Below are positions 50,501 to 64,000 of a stretch of DNA of 64,000 nt, piece by piece (position 1 is the first letter of the stretch; every line of letters starts with the position of its first letter). The position numbers were made by a program, and so were the translations under genes. The notes below the pieces were generated by a model, which worked only from the letters and a program-made list of their open reading frames with translations, did not search any database and had not been told where the DNA came from. Source of the stretch: Haplodiscus bocki (lineage: Eukaryota); assembly GCA_965655095.1 (NCBI GenBank), contig OZ296651.1:10912001-10976000 (forward strand), written 5' to 3'.

Positions 50501-52618
50501 AATTGAGGTAGATAGTTTTGGCGTTTGAAGATACTTTGTCGAATTCAAGTCCTGTATGCTGGAACGTGGTTGCCAAATCATATAAATTTTGCCTCTGCAT
50601 AGGTAAAAGGAGGAGACTCTTCCCCTAATTTGTACTTTTGCTTCGATATCGAGCTCCATCAGAGGCCTATTCTTTCTTCCGTCGTAATGTATATTACGAA
50701 AAGAAATTCCCTCTGTATGTAGTAGACATTTTTTTCAGTGGTTTGCCAATTCTGGCTGTGTCAGCTGCAAGTTTTTCGATAAAAGTTTATTTTCTCAAAA
50801 TGATCCCCCGGGACATGGAGAAAGCAGTTTTGACAACCCCACCGAAAGTTATTCGCTAAGCCCGAAACTTTATCGGTCAAAGCACCAAAAAATAAAAAAA
50901 TTGCGAGAGTCTTCAAAGAAAATTTTATGGCTGAATATGCCCGTATGGACATTTTGGAATCATTTTTGGGAACACCAGAAAACAGCCGAAATGTTTTCGC
51001 TCAAATCCCGAATAAAATTCTAATTATTGAGATTTTTTCATGAAAAATTGCTCAAAATCTTCCTCTGAAAATGATCCTCAATCTTGAGAATATCAGTTTT
51101 TGTCTAAAATTGTACTTACTCAGCTAAGAGCGAGACTCCTCGCACCCGCGGATACCTATGTTTTTCTTGAATTTTTCAGCAATTTCATTTTTGAGCCATT
51201 TCTGACCCGTTGTTGACGGAAAATATCGCAACGCTGTTGCGCCTCTTGTCAATTGGGACAAGGTGGCAAATTTGTCATGGAATGCATATAAAATGGTATT
51301 CGTTCTAAAAAACGTCCTCATATATCTGAAATGGATTCGAAAATTTGAAGGTGAAAAATTTCTCAGTGGTAGCGGGGTGTGTTATTATTATTTTCCGCCC
51401 ATATATCGACATGAATTATCTTTCGGTGGCTGCGGCTGTTTACGTGAGCTTGCCAATTCAATGATTCGGGAAAGCTGGGCGCAAACGTTTTCTACCGCTA
51501 AGATGTTTCAAATTTCCAACAGAATTTAATAGTTTATGTAAAACTTACTTAGTATATCGCGGACAGTTTCTGCAAATCCGACCACATACATAGCCACCGC
51601 GACTGCATTGGCGAAAGAGAACATGACCCCCACTGCTCCTCCGATCTCGGGTCCGAGGTTCCTCGAAATGAGATAATAAGCCCCTCCCCCCTTGATGAAG
51701 CCATTGGTGCAAATAGCAGACATAGACAGGGTTGTGATCACTGTCACTACAGTGGAAAGAAGAATAATTGCGATTGTTGGAAGCATGCCGGCTTCCCCCA
51801 CGCACCAGGGGATTCTGAGAAATATCATTACGCCCCAGATGTTGAGCAGACATCGTGCCAAGACTCCCTTGACCCAGTCGAATTTGATTGGCTCTGCTAG
51901 TTCTGCTTCCAAATCTTCCTCTGTTTTGGTTCCTACCAACTTGATTTGGGCTTCCACGTTGGCTCCATCTGAAAACAAATCAAATCAAATTTTGTTGATT
52001 AATTTATAATGCTTAACAAAAAAATCCTCGCTCATATATTGTTTGTTTTAATGTAGGTGTAAAATGCGTGCTGGTAGGGCGATCTTGCATCTGAAAATAA
52101 TTTTCATATCAGTTTCCTGCTTTTTGAACTCTTGTCACTTGCTCAATACTTAGTAAACTCTTTTGCCGATCCGAATCATCAAACTTGCGAACAAGTTACC
52201 TTTATCCTTGAAGTATTTCACTTCGTCCACTGCCTGCTCTTTCTTCTCCCCCTTCTCCTTTTTGTTGCCGTCTTCACCGTCCTGTTCATCTTCGTCATCC
52301 TCGGTATCGCCTTCCTCTTGACTGTCACTGTCATCTTCGTGCATGAGTTGTCGCAATGAGGGTCTGTTGCCCCTATTGGTGTAATTCACCTCGTGGGGTC
52401 TGATCTCTTTCGTGCCGTAAGTGAAGCTGAACTGACTGAACATGGAACCAGTCGTGTCTATGCGCCCTCGGAACTCTTCCTCGATGCCGAGTCGAGACCA
52501 TTGGCTCGCAGACCTCGACCTGTGATGCCGACTTGTCACATTCGTAGCAAATGAAATTCGACGTTTGTTTCCTGACTGGTTGAAGTCGCCGCTTGTATGT
52601 GTCAAGTTTTCATCGTCG
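41503..52618 (-). CDS. SLC12A2: Na-dependent cation-chloride cotransporter (NKCC/NCC, SLC12A1/2/3 family; exact orthology unresolved), multi-exon; 5' end probably further upstream
   Basis: Phase-consistent GT-AG exons: 52618-52200, 51968-51549, 49773-49338, 44606-44305, 44081-43644, 43136-42909, 42835-42702, 42441-42191, 41950-41503. Motifs [100 protein letters not shown]. Confidence 0.95.
44821..45093 (+). repeat. Dispersed ~270-bp repeat copy
   Basis: Aligns by eye to the reverse complement of 48801-49077 (acgtat...aaaaggtggcgaattggctgtagaatg...agttggaaagcggaaaatatcctgg). Related fragments occur near 49830 and 56580. Confidence 0.7.
45650..46567 (+). CDS. Single-ORF protein with a divergent Schlafen/AlbA_2-like domain, nested antisense in an SLC12 intron
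   Basis: Open frame of ~305 codons from ATG 45650. [20 protein letters not shown] resembles the AlbA_2 core (vcAFlNs.gG.l.iGv.d), with a later VAKVSV..LYK..KIFF segment. Family call is by motif resemblance only. Confidence 0.6.
   Translation: MVNCFSAWSDDEGSATQPERVSAASDRLRKLIEQHRKKKSERQMSSKVASSEVETENRICKSSAADYDVKNEWEYDGLSLSEDETKGENSFVDFSGTITPLVNFDTMKSVKSMDWVYSRQKKEHVEDCDFCPRIICAALNSNTAVRLWIGLENCKNESSKPQWAPLDAVEINFGALFGKLYLSGKVSPKLPEGVVSIQNVIHSSKEYDEFLEMKKLSELSVSNIHQFCLVAKVSVCPNAESNVTLYKFERKIFFLDHLKKHLVFFNSGKNMAEIGRHLAEKSVNYYLDMLSGARWARESSKNSFL
46910..48643 (+). CDS. METTL16: RNA N6-adenosine methyltransferase METTL16 (U6 snRNA m6A writer), single-exon CDS nested antisense in an SLC12 intron
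   Basis: [42 protein letters not shown], catalytic [33 protein letters not shown], and C-terminal [10 protein letters not shown]. Confidence 0.95.
   Translation: MMADLMHPRSVFREKPNFSLLAEKYPEFKKFCQLNIKNKIVYDFKNREAMKVLSETLLWHYFGIQTCIPVDRLIPTIPLRLNYILWVEDLITLLPENEVALNSNSDQKKQVRGIDIGCGSCAVYMLLGAKIKNWDFLGLCFESDFENVQSSVENIDMNDLSNKIEVEKVENGYALSDVLDPSSSWTFCLTNPPFYDSEDGADRVGKQQPGVSELATPGGETTVIGTLIDHSLVLRSRVQWYTALVGIKKNLSILKQRLSCLEGVKQIETTEFRQGKTWRWGIAWTFCENVSPMRKDLIKQKSPSVANQKKNKPIEYSLALSDLKNCQSLEKDIHKFQKLAAYLKDVLENISESYLETVSEIPCCAKFRFNAKKVTWLHSRRQRRAMNSKTPEKMSICEKFPASLKSPTSSSGFESSSQTVSFLKRNLDWENGLQDVPEEDGDSSLKEPDPKCPKLFDQRFDFNDNEESCHSKTDINGAHFHCCDGFEMDACPRAAQMMGTSIQSGVGTGNGARVEVSEQEMLSADVLNSCIVFKMSKQNFTMTFTSPMPQQRENLNSLMLHLKGLTVKWASQTESHD
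48801..49077 (-). repeat. Dispersed ~270-bp repeat copy, inverted relative to 44821-45093
   Basis: Its reverse complement shares multiple blocks with 44821-45093. Confidence 0.7.
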
Positions 52619-52833
52619 CTGAAACGTACGAATTAATAATGCATGAACTGGGCTTTCACGAACTGAGTTCAAAGCCCTAAAATTTATACCTTGTAACCCT
52701 GATTTTTCCTTGGTTTTAGGGTGGCAACCTACAATTCCATAATTCATCATGAGTGATGACAATAATTTTTCGACACCTTTGACTTTTTTGAGGTCACGAG
52801 TTAAATGACGTTTAATGTTTTCTTTTCAGGAAA

Positions 52834-53364
52834 ATGAAACATTGGCTTTTATTTTTACGCCGCAGAAGTATTCAATCATTGAACCTGATTATGAATGTAG
52901 CTTCTCCCAGCTTTTCAAGCAGAGCTCCATTATGGACTGGAGTAAATCTTCTGCGAAGAAGCAAACCTGTTTGTTACATAGCAAAAGCGCACCTTAGTCA
53001 TGACTGCAGTCTGGGCGATGAATATCTGAAAGAATCTCCTGAAGTACCAAAAAATGAAATGAATCAGCGTATACTTTGTAACATCTCACCGAGACTTGCA
53101 ATCTCATTTACATGCAAAGTTTGCGGACACCGAAATGGGAACAAAACAATGTCAAAGAAGGCTTACACTGAAGGTGTTGTCATCATAACATGCGATGGTT
53201 GTGGAAACAATCATCTTATTGCCGATAACTTGGAATGGTTTGCAGATAAAGGAAAAAAGATAAACATAGAAAAACTGATGGAGCAAAAGGGCGAAAATAT
53301 CAAGAGGGGCTTTCTTGTCGAGGCACCTGACGATGGCGGCGTCAAGGAAGTGGAAATAATTTGA
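52834..53364 (+). CDS. DNLZ: DNL-type zinc finger protein (mitochondrial Hsp70 escort Hep1/Zim17)
   Basis: FTCKVC..SKKAYTEGVVIITCDGCGNNHLIADNLEWF..INIE is the zf-DNL signature. The Arg/Leu/Ser-rich N-terminus fits a mitochondrial presequence. Confidence 0.95.
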   Translation: MKHWLLFLRRRSIQSLNLIMNVASPSFSSRAPLWTGVNLLRRSKPVCYIAKAHLSHDCSLGDEYLKESPEVPKNEMNQRILCNISPRLAISFTCKVCGHRNGNKTMSKKAYTEGVVIITCDGCGNNHLIADNLEWFADKGKKINIEKLMEQKGENIKRGFLVEAPDDGGVKEVEII

Positions 53365-53940
53365 TGGATTGTATCCTATATCCTCGGAGAAAAGGAGGTG
53401 GGGTCTAGGAAACATTTCAGTTCAAGTTGATTCGCGAAAAGTTATCCAGCCGAGATATTCTTGTCGATACATGCAACGTAGCAAAGGGTATGTTTGGACT
53501 TCACCGTGTCCACAGTTTTCTGTTAGCTTAATTGGGGTGGAGCGAAGAATTATCACGGATCTAACACATGTATTCAACATGGATTCAAGTACTTGGACAT
53601 CTGAAAGCGGTCATTCTGTACCGGTAGCCAAAGCGCCATGCTGTGGTATGAAATTGTATAGTTCCTCTTTGATTTGTGCGAAGAACCAAAAATTCGATAT
53701 TTGCATTGAATATTATTGGGTATGCAATCCAATGTTGGTCTTTTTTTCTTTCATCCCAAAATATTTTGAGAACCTCTGAATGTTGAATGAATGTGGATGT
53801 ATCCTGGCTTGAAAACCTTGCTTGATTGATTTTGTTGGTTTTTCACAGATTTTATGTTGGCTAGTTCTAACATTTTGGGGTTTCGAAATTTTTCAACTCA
53901 GAAAAGATCAATTACATGAAGTGTATGACCTATTGACTAC

Positions 53941-55108
53941 GGATGCGAGACAAAACCGCCGATTATAGAGTGAGACAAAACAGCCGATTTTGAAAACGGG
54001 ACAAAATCGCCGATTTTGATAATGAGACAAAACCGCCGATTTGAAAGTGGGACAAAACCGCCGATTTATTATAATACAGACCGCTAGTCTTTGCAAAGAT
54101 AAAAGTTGTTCAAGATAAAAGCGTCTTGATAAAATTACGGATAATTAGCAATTAAATTACCATTAGACTAATGAAATGGTTTTAACTATTAAAACCCAAA
54201 ATAACCTAACTATCAAATCCAAAATGACCAAGTCCAAAATACCCAAAGTTGAAAAAATTTTGACCAAAATTTGAATTTTTGTAAGAAGCGAACGTTAGAA
54301 ATCTGGACGGCCAGGAACAGAAAATTATGAATATTGATAATCCTAACATCTGTAAATTAAATTTTTTGTCACCTAAGGGGTTCCACCCCAAAATACTCAA
54401 ACCCAAAATACCCAAGCCCGAAATACCCAAGGCCAAAATACTCAAGGCCAAAATACCCAAGATTGAAACAACGATACCAATTAAATAACTAAAAGCGTCT
54501 GAACATCAAAAGTACCCAAAATACTTCAATACTTGGGTATTTTAGCCTTGGGTAGTTTGGGACTTTGGGTATTTTGGGTTTGGGTATTTTGGGCCCGGGT
54601 ATTTTGAGTTAGTATTTTGTCCTGCCACCCACCTAAGGAAATGCCAATGAAACTGAAAAACACTAGAAAAACAACCAATTTTAAGTTTTGCGTCATATAA
54701 TTTTCTGATTTTTCTTGATACTCAATTGCATGAACCGAAAATATCCGAAAAGACCATTTCTTAATTTTTTGGGAAAGGCGTTTTTAACAGCCGCAAAAAG
54801 TAGGAAATTGCATTTAGTTAGTGGTATCTCAGTTTCTAATAGTAATTGGTAATATAATTGCTAATTATCGATAATTAGGTCAAGACGTTTTTATCAGAGA
54901 AACAATGTTGATGGCAATTTGTTCTTTTACAAAATCGGCCGTCTTGTCCCACTTTAAAATCGGCGGTTTTGTCCCACTTTAAAATCGGCGATTTTGTCTC
55001 ATTCTCGAAATCGGCGGTTTTGTCTCATTTTCGAAATCGGCGGTTTTGTCTCATTTTCGAAATCGGCGCTTTTGTCTCATTTAAAATCGGCTGTTTTGTC
55101 CTGCCCCC
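53941..55108. mobile_element. MULE-like MITE with long subterminal-repeat TIRs (outer element)
   Basis: Arrays of gagacaaaaccgccgattt (53947-54067) and their inverse (54930-55100); GG...CC ends; 9-bp TSD attgactac at 53932-53940 and 55109-55117. Confidence 0.9.
54379..54629. mobile_element. MULE-like MITE nested in the outer MITE
   Basis: 15-bp ccaaaatacccaag repeats inverted across the element; 9-bp TSD cacctaagg at 54370-54378 and 54630-54638. Confidence 0.88.
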
Positions 55109-55344
55109 ATTGACTACAAGTCCTATGGAGTCAGACTGCTAAATTTCTAAATTGTTATTGCATTTTATTGCACACTTAATTCAAAACCAAATCGTTCTCC
55201 AAATATGGAAGACATATCATTTTAACTGCAATGTATGGTGACCAGGAATAATATCTGAAATCGAAATGAGAACAATGTAAAGGTGTTTTTCATTGTCATA
55301 TATTTCGCGTTGAATTTAGATGGTATCCCCGTAAACTTTGTTAC

Positions 55345-55580
55345 CGTAAGCCTTTTCGATGTCTTGAAGTTTTGATCCTGGATGAAGAAATCAACGTCTC
55401 TGCGAAATTAGTAGGTGGCGTCGTGTGAAGTTGACAACGATTAAGTTCAGTTTGCCAGCATCCAGAGTTTGCAAAAGTCGCGTCTACTGAAATGCTTGCA
55501 CTGAGTTCTTGTTTATCCGAACTCTTCAAGACCCCGACTTTGATAACTTGTTCGGATAATCCAATTTCAATATTTTGTGC
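55345..55580 (-). CDS. Probable upstream coding exon of the SLC12 gene
   Basis: The open frame ends ...aaa ggc tta cg|gtaac (phase 2), which fits the phase-2 acceptor at 52618 (giving KGLR-DDENL). The 5' boundary and start codon are unresolved. Confidence 0.4.
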
Positions 55581-57574
55581 TTAAGACGCTAAGATGACTA
55601 AAAAGTGCCAATTTCGTTCATCAGGTAGTCTCCAAAGCTTACATTAGCTATCAAAACAAATAAACGTTGTACCCTTCAGTTTTTTCAACCATTTTTGAAA
55701 ATATTTGTATTTTTGATATGGCGCAGAGTTATTGAATTAAACAGTTTCAAGAAGAACGAACTCGAATAACTCGTTTGAAATTTGGTTTTTCCAGATAATC
55801 GAGAGCTCACTGGATTCAGTCCTGTACCCAGTATTTGGTGTGAAAAAAAAGACGGCTGGCTACCACCGGAAAATTTGGCGCTTTCCAACTTTGGTAAAAA
55901 GGCGTTTCAAGAAACTTTTCTTAAAACGAAAAAATACCTTATCAGAAATTAAGCTTGTCGCTTGTCTCAAGGCCTATAGATTTTATTTTCTTCGCAAACG
56001 CTGGCGTGATCGACCGAATAATTCCTACTTATTGTTCACTTCTATTTTCTTGTATTCACTTTCTTTCGATTCCCCAAGCCAGTGCATTTCAACTTCTTGA
56101 TTCAAATTCTCAGATTTGTCAATTTAATTCGTATCTTATTTTCCGCCTTTTCAAAATGGTGACTATTCATCGCGTCAAAACATTGTTGATTCACAAAGCG
56201 TCGAAAATTGCAAAGTATTCAAAGTGGCAAGAATGAACCAGTAGCCACTGAAAGCGAAGTTGTCGACTTTGATTGGTGTGCATTTTTCGACGTGTTTGAA
56301 ATTTTTGCTAAACTTGCCTAATCCAGTTTTTACAATTTTAAGTTAATTAAGCACTTAATGCTTAGCATCCTTGTTTATATGGGTTCTACTTGAAATTTGT
56401 CACCCATTGTTTAGAAAAAAAATGTTTTTTTTTCAAAATACCGTAAGTTCTGTTGAAAAAGGCCTATTTAAGAAATTTCACTGTTTTTAACGCCTTGTAC
56501 AGCAAATTTGCCATATTTTGAATTCTAACTTTTCGAAACTCTATTTTGGTACGTATATCAGAAATGCTACTATTCAATTCGCACGCATTCAATTCTACAG
56601 CTGCAAATTTGCTAGTTTTTGGTGGTAGAAAATGTTCAAAGAGAATCATAAAACTAGCAAGTATACATAAAAAATACACACGCGGCGACTAATGACTTTG
56701 TTTCCATTCTACAAATAATAAAGTATCGATGTTTTTAATAGTGAAATTCTTCCCGGGTGCTATTTTGGCATTTTCGAACTTCATCATTGTCAACTTTAAC
56801 TGACTGACCCAAACTTACGATACTGGCGATTCTAAAGGAGTAATTGAGTTGTTGTGATCTTCGAACACCACCGACATTTCTGACTTGGGACGCTGCATGC
56901 CACTAAGTGTTCTTTTTTGAACAGATCCCAGTTTTCAAGTTCAATGGAGTAAGTGTTACTGATAATGATAATATAAATACAAAATTAGTTACAAGGTTAT
57001 CTGTTGAGCTGAATGTTTGTTCACTTATATGCTTGTGTTCTTGATTTGGACCGCAAAATACTTATCTTTGTTTGAATTAAACTTGAAAAGTTTAAAGTTT
57101 GGCTTCAAAATGTTTACTCACAATTTCACTGAATGGGAATTTTTCACTGGTAGCTTCGGGGTAGAAATGGGCAAAGTAGAAGAGCGTTTGTATGCCTTCA
57201 TGGCCTGCTTGCGTAATACTTGTTCAATTGTGTAACTTTAACCTTGGGGTTGCGTAATAAAGTTTTTCAACTTAAATAAAATCAGAACTAATGTGATGAC
57301 TTTTTTCAGATTACGTTATAGAAGGCAGTTCAGATCAGAGCAGTTAAGTTCAGTGTACTTTACAGTAATTCAGCAGAAGTTATTTGAGCAAACTGCAGTG
57401 TGCAATTAACAAGAAGGCAGCCAGTTAGAAGTTTTATGAAGATCCGTCTTTGCCAGTTTAGAAAGAGGAAGAACCAGAATAAATAACTTAGTTGTCGTTG
57501 CCGACTTGGTTGTCTGTTGTATCTATTTGTAAAGATTGTTTGATAAGAACTTTGAGCTGAATCCAATCGACTGA

Positions 57575-59582
<2,008 letters not shown>

Positions 59583-59766
59583 ACCCCTCCCTCTTTTGTA
59601 CCCCTGGGCCACCTCGTACAAAGATAAACAGAATTTTGTACCAAGGTCAACTCAATTGCAGTGACTAGAAATAGTCAAAACTCAGGCTTTTATATTTTCA
59701 TATAGATGCAATACAGCGTATCTTATCTAAACTTCCAAATGAATGATATACTTTCACTTCCAATCC

Positions 59767-59772
59767 AATAAA
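59767..59772 (+). terminator. Putative polyadenylation signal of the H3.3-like gene
   Basis: AATAAA 185 nt after the stop codon. Confidence 0.5.
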
Positions 59773-61524
59773 GTTGGTATCAATTTGGTTAAGATTTTAA
59801 TATTCTCATTCCGCGTTATCTTTTGATCTGCTCAATAGACTGGACTTGAAATCTTCTCGAGACGTTCAAAATGCTTATCTGGGTTCCACTTCTCAACTGT
59901 TTCCATGTAATCAGCGGAGAGAAATATTCTTTAGGGAAATAGGTTTTGAATATATCAATGGAAATTTCAAATTTTCCGCCTGTGTTACGCATTTTTTTGA
60001 GCTTCAGAAGATCTTGGGCGTGTATCATTTTTTTGTGGGAAAAGCCCGGTGCGATGGTGGGCATTTAGTGTTATTAGTTCTGCTGCTGTTGTTAGTTTTA
60101 CTGTGTGTTATCTATCTTTTATTTAACTGATTGATGTATTTTCCAATAGTCCAATTATGAAATGTGTGAATTTTTCACCTGTTTTTATTCACTCAAGTCA
60201 GATTGCTAGTCTTATATTGCCTTGATTTCTTTGCCAAGATCATGGTTTTTCGCCGTGAATATCAAGCTTAATAATGGCTGAAGTGTATTAGGCTTAGTGG
60301 TTCAAGATTTTCAGGAAAATAGCTAGTTCTCTATTGGTTTTGAGATCGTTTCAAATATTTTCATTTCTGTTCAATTGTCAACGCAACATCAAAATCGCAA
60401 AGATGTTTCCCATTGTCAAAATGGCTAGTTTTTGGGAAGGATAAATTCTTGGGCATGTACTGTGATGTTTCTATTTTTGTTACACTAATAAAGTATCTTA
60501 ACAGTCAAGACCATTTTTACCGAAATATATTTTTAGTACTCTTTAATTGGTTACCAGATTTTAGTATTGTTGATGAAAAAGGAGCATAGCATAGCCCATC
60601 ATTTGTACTTTTAAGCGAATTATTATTAGCTGTTGTTGAGTTTTAGGTGAAATAGAAATGTAAAATTGTGTTGCAAAAATGCTACCTTAGGTGCCAGAAC
60701 AAACCAATTTAGGTGGTAACAAGTCGGCGCCGCCCATACGGCTCAAAATATCCAACGGGTTTCTTTTGTTATCATATATAATTCGACTATCTATGGGTTT
60801 ATCATAATTTTTTGGGGAGGGGGAGGGGTTTGAAAATTTAAAATTTGGTAATTTATTTTTTTTAATTAGGTCAGGGACTATCTGTGGCATAAAAACCATT
60901 GTTCTACCCTATAGACAAAGAACCAGGGTAGCAGAAAAATCAGGAGTGGCAGAACCATAGAAATACAGCAAATACCCAAAAATCGACGTTTTTATCGAAT
61001 TTTTTAAAACCTAATCTTGAACTCCAATCTATGGCTTAAAACCTTTCTCCTACTCTGTAGACCACCGGGTCAGAGTTGCAGAAAAATTGGTGGGCGGTAG
61101 AACAAAAAAATGCGGAAACACTCAAAGATAGAAACACACCGAAAAACCCTAAAATTAGAGATTTTCCCGAAAAAAAATATTTTGACGTATCTATTATGGC
61201 TTGAGGGCCTTTTGTTCTACCCTCAACACCCACCGAGGCCTTCTAGAGTTTCAATCACTTAGGGCTGGGAGTGCAAATTTTTTGAGATGGGCTATTATAT
61301 GTCGAATATTACCTGAAAGCTTTTCCGAAAAGCAAAGCTTGCTAACTGGTATTATTGCTCAAAAAGGTAGACATATGAAAATTATGAAAAAAAAACAGTA
61401 GGGCAAGAGTTTCAAAACTTCTTAATTTCTTGTGCCCCGAATTTCACGACTTCAGAAAGTTTTAATTTACGAAACACTTATATAGTGTTACTGTGTTTTT
61501 GTTTTTTGTACACAATGTACAACA

Positions 61525-61940
61525 TTTTGTGACCTCGTCCAAAATTTGTGCGACATTCGAAAAATTTTGAAAGAGTTCAAAGCGCAGCAAGATTGCGTAG
61601 GTACAGGAGGGGCCATACAGATCATAGTAGCGGCGAGAGCGCGCAAATCAAAATAGTTTTGAAATGATTTTTGGTTCCGCACTCAATACGCTTGGATTTG
61701 CTAAATTTCTTTTCATAACGCAGCAAAGCTGCGTGGGAGTAAAGTAGGGATCATATGGATCATCGTAGTTGTCAGAGCGCGCAATTAAAAAAACTTATCT
61801 GATGTCCTGTCCGCGGTGTTTGTTTTTTTTGTGGGACATTTATGACCTCGTCCAAAGTAAGGAATTTTGTGCGACACGAGAAAAAAAATCACAAGGGAGC
61901 AAAGCTGCGTGGGAGTTGAGGAGGGCGCGCAAATGAAAAT
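61525..61940. repeat. Imperfect direct repeats (2-3 copies of modular 100-200-bp units)
   Basis: tgacctcgtccaaa..ttgtgcgaca at ~61530 and ~61843; gcaaagctgcgtgggagt at ~61723 and ~61899; gcgcgcaa three times. Confidence 0.65.
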
Positions 61941-64000
61941 ATTTTCTTTCTGCTCTCCGAATAAATATATGTCATCGTAGATTAGACCATGGAATATTAT
62001 AATTTTTTCTACTTTCGCAGGAAAAAAAGATTAGGGTCAACGGAAAACCCTATGGACCAGTATAGAGTCGGTAACACAGCGCAAACTCAAAAAAAAAAGT
62101 CTCAAATTACTCTGAGGGTACTCATTCTATGGAACACTATCAGTGGCAATGACAGGGGAAGTGGAGATCGTTTGAAGTTTTAAAATCCAATCCGAGGTAT
62201 TATGCGAGCAAAGGCCTGGACATTCTCAAGCTGAAAGACAGAAATCGGAACTCTCTTGAAAATACTGAGAGTGATTCTACTTTGCTACAGGATTTATGTG
62301 AGCAGTTGGTGTGGGGAGCAAAGTAAAACTGCGCAAATTTTTCAATTTTTATCGAAGTGCAGTGTACGGGCAAAGGTGCGGTCATTCCGCGCTAGAAATG
62401 AAGGGAATGCCGAATCGCGAAAGCGTTGGCATTAATCTAGTTTTCGTACGAAGGTTAGTTGGGTTTGGGAGAGTATTTGGAATGGCGGGGGAAGTTGAAG
62501 TGTCTTATTGGTTTCAATTCTAATCCGGGGTAGTATTCAGGTAACGGTGTGGGTTTTCACAGTCTGTAAGATCAGAAGAAACAAAAAAATTGTCAATATT
62601 TTTCAACTTTAGTTGTGTGGTAACCGAGGATATGCTAAGTAGTGGGAGTGGCTGGCGGCTTCTAAGTGCGAAATGATCTCTGAATTGTAATGCGGGGTAG
62701 TATCATGGCAAGGAGATGGCCTTTATCAGGTTAGGTAAATGCGTGGATTTGTAAAAATGTGATGAAATGATTTCTCTTTTTGTACTGCAGTTAGAAAGGA
62801 AGTACCTAGTAGAGAAGTGTTAGCCGGCAATGTTTTCGGGGAAAATTTTTTCAATTGTAACGCAGGTCAGTGTCCGTTCAAAAGCTTGATAATTCTTAGG
62901 CAGTGGGATCGAAGGGATTGCTAAATTTTTGAAAGCATTAGATTTGTTCGTCTTGAGAAATAGGGCTTTGGGAGGATAGTTAAAGTTTTGGGAAGAGCCG
63001 GGGAATTTGAAGTGGTTGAAAACTTCCAACTGTAATTGGTATCCCGGCGAAGGAACGGCTCATCCAAAGCTTTGGGTGCGGCGGGAGTGAAAAGCTTTGG
63101 GAAAATGGAGATCGTTCCAACTGAGGCACATGGAACGAAGACCGAATGGTGAGTAGTTGGAGTTGTCGGTGTATTTAAAATAGGAAGTAATTTTCATCTT
63201 ATTGGGGTTTACTTTCCGGAAAGGGGGGTCATTCTGAACCTCTGAAAGTCTAGAGAGTCTCATCTTTTTTTAATGATGAGATTTTCCCAAATTTACAGCT
63301 GGTTAGAGAATTTGAGCCGTTTTTTTGGGATTTGCGGACGAACTTACTTTTGGAAATAATGTTGATCTTTAATGAACGAAAATTGGCTCTGAATTCAGAA
63401 AAGGCAGTGGTGGTTCCTCTTACCTCGGGGAAATTGCTCTTCGCCGTTCTGTTTTCATTGTGGTTTCTGCATTCTAACTTTCGAACTATCAAGCTATAAC
63501 CAAACAATCGGATTTATGGGCCTCTCTGTTTATGTCAGCCACTTCGGGAGTTGGTTTGAACCGGGTGGCCCCCTTTTCAATTGGGTTTCTTTGTGCTTCA
63601 ATTTGAGTGTCTGAATCGTCATCGTTCGTGAGATATGACCGTTTGATGTGCCCTGTTTTGTAAGATGGAATATTTTCATCGATCTGCCTGTATATTGTGT
63701 GTTTGAAGGAAATTGAAGCTCCTCAGTTAGAACGGACTGCATCGGTCACCAATTCAGTCATGGAGTCAAAAAGAACGCTGGCGAATTTTTGAATGTCTTC
63801 CTGAATGTTTGTTTCGACTTTTTTTTCTCAAGTTACCGTATCCTCTTGAGTTTTTTGGCAGAAGACTTCGAAGAATGATATGGCCATTTTGTAATTACTT
63901 GCTGAATATTTACAGGCTTTCCAGTCTCGCAGGCTCTTTGTACCTTTTACGTTTATTAGCCTCACTCTTCAAGTCATGATGTGCATAAAATGCTGGACAG

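Noticed and set aside
41596-52359. Plus-strand ORFs overlapping SLC12 exons (e.g. 41596-42021, 49602-49820, 51692-52009)
   Set aside because: Antisense shadows of real coding exons.
59595-59622. Hairpin tttgtac...gtacaaa after the H3 stop codon as a histone stem-loop
   Set aside because: Does not match the 6-bp stem/4-nt loop GGYYYTTYTNARRRCC consensus; the gene has an intron and AATAAA.

Overview
Eukaryotic (invertebrate metazoan-type, AT-rich, GT-AG introns) genomic DNA with one 200-N gap (15055-15254). About 1-41 kb is mostly transposon-derived. It holds the right part of a decayed Polinton/Maverick (frameshifted protein-primed PolB, small accessory ORFs including an EGF-like protein, ACTACT terminus), a hAT-type MITE, and four CR1/L2-group LINEs, one inserted inside another. 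About 41.5-59.8 kb is gene-dense. A minus-strand Na-dependent cation-chloride cotransporter (SLC12A1/2/3-type) has 9 exons that I could reconstruct by phase, plus a probable upstream exon. Two single-ORF plus-strand genes lie in one of its introns (a divergent Schlafen/AlbA_2-like gene and METTL16), and a third (DNLZ) probably lies in another. An intron-containing H3.3-like histone with S31A/T32V/S96A follows. Three related 9-bp-TSD MITEs lie in this region. The most striking observation is at the LINE ORF1/ORF2 junctions. Two divergent CR1-type elements have an ATG-less ORF2 in frame with ORF1 behind the same TGA-CTA readthrough context, and a third LINE family has an A_AAT_TTT -1 slippery site at the same junction. 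This suggests ORF1-ORF2 fusion by translational recoding. All family assignments come from motif recognition by eye, not from database searches.
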